Shown: positions 55,606-64,000 of the stretch, piece after piece
Position numbering within the stretch: position 1 is the first letter of the stretch
How the letters are laid out: the number at the start of each line of letters is the position of its first letter
Source: Eledone cirrhosa
Lineage: Eukaryota
NCBI GenBank assembly: GCA_964016885.1
Contig: OZ024742.1
Span: forward strand, 12,338,001 to 12,402,000
DNA: 64,000 bases
Reading direction: 5' to 3'
Made by a program: the position numbers and the translations under genes
Notes under the pieces: model-generated
Databases searched by the model: none
Told to the model about the DNA's origin: nothing
The model's input: only the letters and a program-made list of their open reading frames with translations

Positions 55606-55808
55606 TCACAGCCCCGGCGGACAGAATGGAGAAGGCGTTTCCCCGGAGGATGGCAAGGGAGACGCGCTGGAAAAGCCACTCAACTCGCGGGGCTCACACC
55701 TGCGGTAGGCCAGCTCAGCCCCTATGGTGGTGAGTAGGGAGGTAGGCCTAGAGCCGAGGAAACCAGAAGTTTCCACTGCCAAGGGTACAACTACAAACCT
55801 GTCGGAGA
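55606..55808 (-). mobile_element. CRE-clade 3' fragment, second copy
   Basis: DRFVVVPLAVETSGFLG..LLTTIGAELA; homologous to 5033-5235. Confidence 0.7.
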
Positions 55809-55844
55809 GCGACCGGTTATTGCAGTATTTGTTGTGATTCATAA

Positions 55845-56165
55845 CGTTCTGAAGTCAAATCCCGTCCAGGTCAACTTTATATTTCATCCTTCCGATGTCC
55901 ATTAAATAAAGTTCCAGTTAAGTACTGGGGTCGATATAATCGGTTAACCCCTTCCCACAAATTACTGGTTTTGTGCCGATGAAAGAATTATTAGAAACAT
56001 TCTTCTTCAGGGCAGTAGATTGGTAGAATACCTTCCATTATTTGTTGTGGTTCATATTATGTTGAGTTCAAATCCCGCAGAGGTTAACTTTACATTTCAT
56101 ACTTCCGAGGATCCCTAAAATAAAGTACCAGTGGAAATACTTAGCTTTGTGCCTAAATTAGAAAT
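55845..56165 (+). mobile_element. Two adjacent older SINE copies
   Basis: Each has a G(A)GTTCAAATCCCG-like B-box followed by AACTTT..TTTCATCCTTCCGA and TGTGCC. Confidence 0.7.
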
Positions 56166-57203
56166 CAATATACGAGCTGATCAATTAAGATGTTCAAAGC
56201 TCTGATTGAAGTAATTTAGAAATTTAAAAAATACAAAGATATGGAGCCAATGATAGGATCTGTACGGGATGGTACAATGGGCTAGAAATCGTAGCCAAAT
56301 CTCCCGTAATTCGCAGCACCCGTCTTAAATAGGAAAAAGCCATATTGCATAATGCTGTCCTTGATAGCCCTGAAAATACGGGCTGGTCATACCTGTAGTG
56401 GCATTAATGGTATGACTGTAGTGGTATTAATGGTATGACGAGTGTGTCTACGACTAAACCACAATAACACCGACTACAAATAAGTGGTCTTTTAGTTATG
56501 CTAAAAATCAATATGAATATTTTCATTGTAATCGATTTTCACAGCTTGGTAGACTGCAAAAACAAAATTATAAAAATAAGACTGCACAAAACCAAACAAA
56601 ATGTAACTATGTTTATTTAAGCAGAGTATATGATAGAATACAGATGACCAAAATCGAAATACCAACTTGATTCAACATATGTTCCAATCATGACTTCCTC
56701 TGTCTCCTTGTTACAATATATGGGTCATTTCATTAACATCAAACTACACAAAAAAAATATACATGGAATATAAAATTATCAATCGTGTTAAAACGATATA
56801 CAAAGAATAATTGTTTAAATGCTGACTTGTTTTTTTTTTATGTGTTTCTGTTCTATGTTGATTGTTGTATGTTTTTCGTCTAAGATATTCCAGCCATTTG
56901 ATCAGACATGCTTGTTGTTTAGTACAATTGTCTATTAAGACATGCCAGTGTTTTATTCATTGAAATCAAAGTTGAGAGACGTTTATGTACTGTGATAGCT
57001 TGCAAAGATATATCAACGTTACTTCAATAACAATAGCTTGAGAACTGAGGAAAGATACGGCCTGGCTGGCTTACAGAAGAAAAAGACACTGTACTTTGGT
57101 GATAAGCTAGGCGTGTAGTTATTTGTGTACAAAAATACACACGTACGATACATATGAACACACATTCACGCACATATACATATATAAATATATATATATA
57201 TAA

Positions 57204-57247
<44 letters not shown>

Positions 57248-57252
57248 GGATT

Positions 57253-57279
<27 letters not shown>

Positions 57280-57283
<4 letters not shown>

Positions 57284-57935
57284 TACTGTACGTCTGTATA
57301 CATATATGTATGTACGTAGACATACTTATATTTAAGTAACAGCCGTTTGTTTACAAACACACCGAGCATTATAATAAATGTTCGGTAAATCCATATATAT
57401 ATATATATATGTGTGTGTATGTATATATATATATATGTAATTATATATATGTATATATATATATTTGCTACTGTATGTCTGTATACGTATATGTATCTAC
57501 GTATGCATACTTACATTTAAGTAACAGCCGTACTAAGAGTGGGAAATGAAATTTCGTTTCATTTTTTCCGTTTATCGTTTTCGGTGCGCCCGGCCGATTA
57601 ACTCACTCGATATGCAAATTAGGCTGCTCAGCCATTAATATGCATAAGGAAAGTATATACTTTCAGACGGTCAATCATCTGGCAGGAAGGGATACAGTGC
57701 TGACGATAGCTAATAAGCTTGAAACTGGTACATCGTTCCTTTGTCAGTGTTGAACAAATGAGCAACGGTGGTTGCTAGACACTGTACGGCTTCATTCGGG
57801 ATGTTTGTTTAGAAACACACCGAGCATTATAATAAATGTTCGGTGAATCCATACGTATATATATATATGTGTGTGCATGTATGTATATATATACATACTA
57901 CTGTACGTCTGTATACATATATGTATGTACGTATA
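57280..57935 (+). mobile_element. Diverged monomer(s) of the hammerhead satellite; hammerhead at 57694-57736
   Basis: ACAGTG-CTGACGA-TAGCTAATAAGCTT-GAAA-CTGG-TA-CATCGT. Closer to the 35-kb copy than to the array. Confidence 0.85.
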
Positions 57936-58574
57936 TATACTTATATATATATATATATATATATATAATTATATATGTGTGTGTTTGCCCGCGAACTCAC
58001 ACACACATACACATACATGATTATGTGAGAAATGCACACACAAACATAAGCATACATATATATATATGTGTGTGTGTGTACAGTTGTGTATCTGTGTTAG
58101 TTTACCAACCTATTACTAGCTCTGTCTCTGTTCTTGTCTATAGATATATTCCAAACACAGATATTTACGAAAATATGGTTCAAAAATTGTAAAAAGCCAA
58201 CATTAGTTGAAATAACAAGAGCTCAGTCGTAAAACTTTTCTTAATATTTTAATATTAATATATACCTGCCTTGATTGAAATATTCACTACCTTCGTGTTG
58301 ACATGTCACTCCTGTTTCATATTTCTGCTACATTTATCTCCCCTTACTGCCACTCTCCTCTCCAAGTATCACTTCATTTAAAATGCTTCCATGCATGGCA
58401 TGGTCCCGTAACTTTTGAGGGAGTCGCTGGGGTGCCGTATTGGCATGAGGTGTTTCTATGGCATTTTGTAAAGCTGGCGGTGCCCATCTCATCTCCAGGT
58501 CTGAATACACCAGATTTCCTCTTGAGAAAGATAAAAATTGAGAGAAAAGAATTAAGATGGAGATATAGAGGAAG

Positions 58575-58730
58575 AATACATCCCAGTATTAGACTGGTAC
58601 TTTTTTTTTTACATCGTGGATGAAAGGCAAAGTTGACCTCGGTGGGATTTGAACTGAGAGAGCAGAGAGTTGGAACAAATACCCTAAAGCATTCTATACG
58701 ACGCTCTAACGACTCTGTCAATTCGCCGAC
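58575..58730 (-). mobile_element. Older SINE copy
   Basis: GGATGAAAGGCAAAGTTGACCTCGGTGGGATTTGAACT, as in 17255-17290. Confidence 0.75.
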
Positions 58731-58861
58731 GACAAAGAACGCTGACTCGCCCCATAGATTACATTATGGATGCAAAATCTCACGTATTTTAATCATTATT
58801 AAAAATCTGATGAATTCTGAACTAAAAATGAAATGAAATTTTAATTCAGAAATCTTTTAAC

Positions 58862-58908
<47 letters not shown>

Positions 58909-59041
58909 CTAGTCGAACATGTATATATATATATATATATAAGTATTGAAATTTCCGTTGGAAACAGAAAAGGTCATAGAAATGAAGAGTGCTCTCTGTA
59001 AGTATCAGAGCAAAATTTAATGTATAAAATCAATACAATAT

Positions 59042-59121
59042 TATTACCTCATTACCAGAGGTTTCCCGAATGAGGCGAATACGAAATAAACGACTTCATT
59101 CGTTCGTCAGACGAGGCAATA
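59042..59121 (-). ncRNA. Type I hammerhead motif (mirror of 63048-63127)
   Basis: Reverse complement of the plus-strand copy. Confidence 0.88.
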
Positions 59122-60688
59122 TAAAACATGGGCAAATACTTAGAAAAACACATCAAGAAAATCAAAAAAATATATAGATAAATGAAATAGAAATTGAAAT
59201 ATATAAAAATCTATCAAGAAAAATAGTTAGGTGTGTGTATGTGTATGTATATACGCTCACAGATGTGCATATATGTATATGTGCACATGTAAATGTATAG
59301 TTAGAAAGTGTGCGTAATTATAAAAATTTAGGGCAAATGTATCTATATGTCTGTATTATACAGACAGAAATGGTTACATCGTAAATATAAGAATATAAAG
59401 TCGCGCGCATAAAAACGCCTGGACGCTCGTACACTTAGATGCGGAAAGAAAGGAGGTAAAGAGAGTATAATAATTAAAAGAAAAGTATCCGTCTCGATAT
59501 ATTTATAAAAATATAGTAACGATAAATTAGAAAGAAAAGATAGAAAGAAAAAATTAAAGAAAACAAAAAATGGGGGGGGGGGGGTACATACATACACAGA
59601 CACGCGTGTCTCACAAAAGAAATGTAAAAATAATTATGCTTATATACACACGCGCACTTACACTTCCATACGTTCGATACGTACATACACACACACACAC
59701 ACACATACTTATACTCGCGCATATAAACCTGTTTGCATGCCCACGTATGAAACTGAGTAAGTAACAAAAGAGGGAAGGGGGGGGGGAAGAAGAAAAAAGG
59801 AACAAAAACATAAAACCGAAATGTCAAAAACACGGATATAAAGACACTTACACATACGCATAATATATACATACACAGACACACAAACACCTGTACACAC
59901 ACACATACATACACGCATATATATATATATATATACATATACATACACGCACGCGCGCGCACATACGTAGTCACTCATGTATATATATAAAAAGTATACA
60001 CACATTAAGGCGTTCAGCCATATTGAAATGTGGATAAATAAGTACAAATATAAAATTGTAAGATAGGCTGCGCAAAAATAAAATAAAAATAAAAATGAAA
60101 AATATATCTGGATTGAAAAACACAAAAGACAAGTATAATCAGTTGGTGGAGGAAAAAGGGAAGTAAAAGAAGGGGAAGTAAAAAATAGAAAATAGGAAGT
60201 GGATCGGAGAATAAAAAGGGGGGGTGGGGTGAAGTAAAAATAAATAAAAGTGAAAATAAATGAAATTATTGACAAGGATAAGAATGAAAGTAAGTCAGAA
60301 AGGGTAATTAAAAAGAGAATAATAAGAGTTTATGGAGGATAAGTATCTGAAAGTGTGTTAAGTTTATATGAGCTGGAAAGCAGGTGTGATTTCATGTGTG
60401 GGAAACTGGTAAAAATTTCCGTCTTTGTGTTCAGGCAGGTCTTTGGTGATTTAAGATTTTGCAATATCCAAAATTTTTCATTTATGCAGAGCGTGCATTT
60501 TCTTGTTCCTCTAGCATATTTTTTAGATTGGTTCAAAATTTACCAATCTAGTTTATATTGGATGCCTTGGTCTTTCAAATCCCAGATTCTGCTAGCCAGA
60601 GCTGTTGTAAATCTTTTTTCTGGATGTCGAAAGGATGCGACATGTGAGTAATAACGCGTTTTGAATCTGTCTTGCGTCATACCCACAT

Positions 60689-61838
60689 TACATACACTTA
60701 AAGAAAAATTTCCTAACCATATTTTTGGGCTTTATCGCGATGATGGTCTAATACTTTCCCATACCACCATAGGCCATAACTTAGATAGATTAAGGAAAGA
60801 CTTAATAAAAACCTTTGCTAGTTTTAATCTTAAAATTACTATTGATACTAACCTTTCCAACGTAGATTTCCTAGATATAAACTTAGATTTGCCTACTGCT
60901 TCTTATAAACCATACCATAAACCTAATGAAAACTTAAAATATATAAATAAAGGATCTTGCCATCCACCTATAGTTTTTAAAAACCTTATCCCTAATATTA
61001 GCCGTAGGATCTCCACCCTCTCTTCATCAGAAGCTATTTTCAATAAGGCATCCCCCTACTATAATAAAGCCCTCCAAAATAGCGGCTTTAGCGAACCGAT
61101 TAAATACATACCTAACTACACTAACTCTATTAAACATAAAATAGGAAAAGAAAAATAATGTGGTTCATCCCCCCCCCCTACTCTCTAGCAGTTAAAACTA
61201 ATGTAGGCAAAAAATTCCTAGAACTCCTAGATAAACATTTCCCTAGAACACATAGATACTATAAGATCTTTAACAGAAACTGTGTTAAAATTAGCTATTC
61301 CTGCGGTCCCCCTATTAAGTCCTATATCCTCAACAAAACATCACCTAGAGAAAATCAAACTTGCTCCTGTAGAATCAAAAGTGAATGCCCATTACAAGGT
61401 GAATGCAACACCAAAGCCATTGTATATGCGGCTAATGTGACAACCATCAGCAACAACCATCCAGTCACCAGTGAACGATATGTGGGTATGACGCAAGACA
61501 GATTCAAAACGCGTTATTACTCACATGTCGCATCCTTTCGACATCCAGAAAAAAGATTTACAACAGCTCTGGCTAGCAGAATCTGGGATTTGAAAGACCA
61601 AGGCATCCAATATAAACTAGATTGGTAAATTTTGAACCAATCTAAAAAATATGCTAGAGGAACAAGAAAATGCACGCTCTGCATAAATGAAAAATTTTGG
61701 ATATTGCAAAATCTTAAATCACCAAAGACCTGCCTGAACACAAAGACGGAAATTTTTACCAGTTGCCCACACATGAAATCACACCTGCTTTCCAGCTCAT
61801 ATAAACTTAACACACTTTCAGATACTTATCCTCCATAA
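60689..61838 (+). pseudogene. PLE RT C-terminal half plus GIY-YIG endonuclease (frameshift ~61140, stop 61626-61628)
   Basis: FGLYRDDGL, VDFLDI, YKPYHKPN, HPP, WF.PPPYS, KHFP, CSCR..CPLQGEC, IVY..YVGMT..FKTRYYSH, CTLCINEK and LNTKTEIFTSCPH motifs. Confidence 0.92.
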
Positions 61839-62222
61839 ACTCTTATTATTCTCTTTTTAATTACCCTTTCTGACTTACTTTCATTCTTATCCTTGTCAAT
61901 AATTTCATTTATTTTCACTTTTATTTATTTTTACTTCACCCCCCCCCCCTTTTATTCTCCGATCCACTTCCTATTTTCTATTTTTTACGTCCCCTTCTTT
62001 TACTTCCCTTTTTCCTCCACCAACTGATTATACTTGTCTTTTGTGTTTTTCAATCCAGATATGTTTTTCATTTTTATTTTTATTTTATTTTTGCGCAGCC
62101 TATCTTACAATTTTATATTTGTACTTATTTATCCACATTTCAATATGGCTGAACGCCTTAATGTGTATACTTTTTATATATATACATGAGTGACTACGTA
62201 TGTGCGCGCGCGTGCGTGTATG

Positions 62223-62260
<38 letters not shown>

Positions 62261-63047
62261 TGTATGTATGTGTGTGTGTACAGGTGTTTGTGTGTGTGTG
62301 TATGTATATATTATGCGTATGTGTAAGTGTCTTTATATCCGTGTTTTTGACATTTCGGTTTTATGTTTTTGTTCCTTTTTTCTTCTCCCCCCCCCCCTTC
62401 CCTCTTTTGTTACTTACTCAGTTTCATACGTGGGCATGCAAACAGGTTTATATGCGCGAGTATAAGTATGTGTGTGTGTGTGTGTATGTACGTATCGAAC
62501 GTATGGAAGTGTAAGTGCGCGTGTGTATATAAGCATAATTATTTTTACATTTCTTTTGTGAGACACGCGTGTCTGTGTATGTATGTACCCCCCCCCCATT
62601 TTTTGTTTTCTTTAATTTTTTCTTTCTATCTTTTCTTTCTAATTTATCGTTACTATATTTTTATAAATATATCGAGACGGATACTTTTCTTTTAATTATT
62701 ATACTCTCTTTACCTCCTTTCTTTCCGCATCTAAGTGTACGAGCGTCCAGGCGTTTTTATGCGCGCGACTTTATATTCTTATATTTACGATGTAACCATT
62801 TCTGTCTGTATAATACAGACATATAGATACATTTGCCCTAAATTTTTATAATTACGCACACTTTCTAACTATACATTTACATGTGCACATATACATATAT
62901 GCACATCTGTGAGCGTATATACATACACATACACACACCTAACTATTTTTCTTGATAGATTTTTATATATTTCAATTTCTATTTCATTTATCTATATATT
63001 TTTTTGATTTTCTTGATGTGTTTTTCTAAGTATTTGCCCATGTTTTA

Positions 63048-63127
63048 TATTGCCTCGTCTGACGAACGAATGAAGTCGTTTATTTCGTATTCGCCTCATT
63101 CGGGAAACCTCTGGTAATGAGGTAATA
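63048..63127 (+). ncRNA. Type I hammerhead motif (intact core)
   Basis: TATTGCCTCGT-CTGACGA-A-CGAATGA..TCATTCG-G-GAAA-CC-TCT-GG-TA-ATGAGGTAATA. Stem I is 11 bp, stem II is 7 bp, cleavage triplet GUA. Confidence 0.9.
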
Positions 63128-63172
63128 ATATTGTATTGATTTTATACATTATATATATATATATATATATAT

Positions 63173-63985
63173 GACCGGATAAGCCTTCAGTCAGACCTAC
63201 TGGCTGTTACCCAATGGGCGGAAAAGAACAACATGTTACAGAACGAAGACAAATTCGAACTGATCCATTTTGGAAAAGAGGATGCTCTGAAACTCCCGTA
63301 CTCCCTTCCCTCCGGGGAATCTCTCGTGACATCTAACAACATCAGAGACTTGGGAGTAACCGTGGACAGCAACATAAGCTGGGCCACGCATATAAGCAGC
63401 AAAGTTGACATGGCCCGCAGAATGTGTTCCTGGATCCTCAGAACCTTCCAGTCGAGAGATTCCCACACCATTATCCTTCTCTTCTCTACTTTTGCCCGAC
63501 CATACCTTGAATACTGTTGTCCACTGTGGTCTCCCCACACGAAACAAAGTATCATGAAACTTGAAGCTCCTCAAAGGGCAATCACGAAAAAGATAGATGG
63601 CATGTCAGACCTTGTCTACTGGGGTCGACTAGAAAACCTGAAACTTTACTCACTCCAACGTCGCCGTGAGCGTTATATTATCTGCATGATGTGGAAAATG
63701 TTCCATCATCACTGCCCAAATGATGTTGGCATCGCCTTCAAGATACACCCAAGGCTTGGGCCCCGTGCTATCCGTCCCATTCAAAAATCTAAATCGCAAC
63801 TCATAACAACAATACGGCACAATTATTTCACCTCAATTGGCCCTGCTCTCTTCAACATCACACCAGGACACGTCAAAACAGAAACTGACCACACAAAATT
63901 TGAAAGACTTCGCCAGGTGGTGCTATTAAGTTAGACATGGCCTGGGCCAATACTGGCCAAAACATTTCAAAGTTATTCAAAGTTA
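63173..63985 (+). mobile_element. CR1-group LINE 3' fragment (RT C-terminus)
   Basis: LQSDL..W...NNM..N.DKF, IRDLGVTVD, RPYLEYCCPLWSPH and LKLYSLQRRRER motifs; short repeated tail TTCAAAGTT. Confidence 0.88.
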
Positions 63986-64000
63986 TATATATATATATAT

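Larger units (their letters stand above)
58941..63151 (+). mobile_element. Naiad-like PLE, 5'-truncated, with a 1.67-kb inverted duplication of its 3' end
   Basis: Arms 59018-60688 and 61480-63151 are near-identical reverse complements; (TA)n on both flanks. Confidence 0.92.

Noticed and set aside
60689-61838. Selenocysteine recoding as reported for some Naiad PLEs
   Set aside because: The Cys positions I checked use TGC/TGT, the internal stop is TAA at a non-Cys position, and no SECIS was recognisable.

Overview
AT-rich animal genomic DNA made almost entirely of repeats. The microsatellite load and SINE/LINE types suggest a mollusc, probably an octopus-like cephalopod (inference). No intact host gene is recognisable. 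The window holds decayed LINEs (RTE, Tx1/L1, CR1, CRE fragments), tRNA-derived SINEs, Helentron-like non-autonomous elements and many Penelope-like element (PLE) fragments whose ends abut (TA)n tracts. The main observation is the ~18 kb tandem array at 36.6-54.5 kb: 34 direct plus 2 inverted units of about 467-553 bp. Read on the minus strand, its units carry a type I hammerhead ribozyme motif (CTGATGA...GAAA-CTAGTA, palindromic stem III) on top of a long imperfect stem. Diverged flanking monomers show structure-preserving substitutions. This fits a retrozyme-like or ribozyme-satellite system probably mobilised by neighbouring PLEs. About a dozen further hammerhead motifs, intact or decayed and from several unrelated families, lie elsewhere in the window, mostly at PLE 3' ends and in fold-back inversions. 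All ribozyme calls come from motif and base-pairing inspection by eye; activity is untested.
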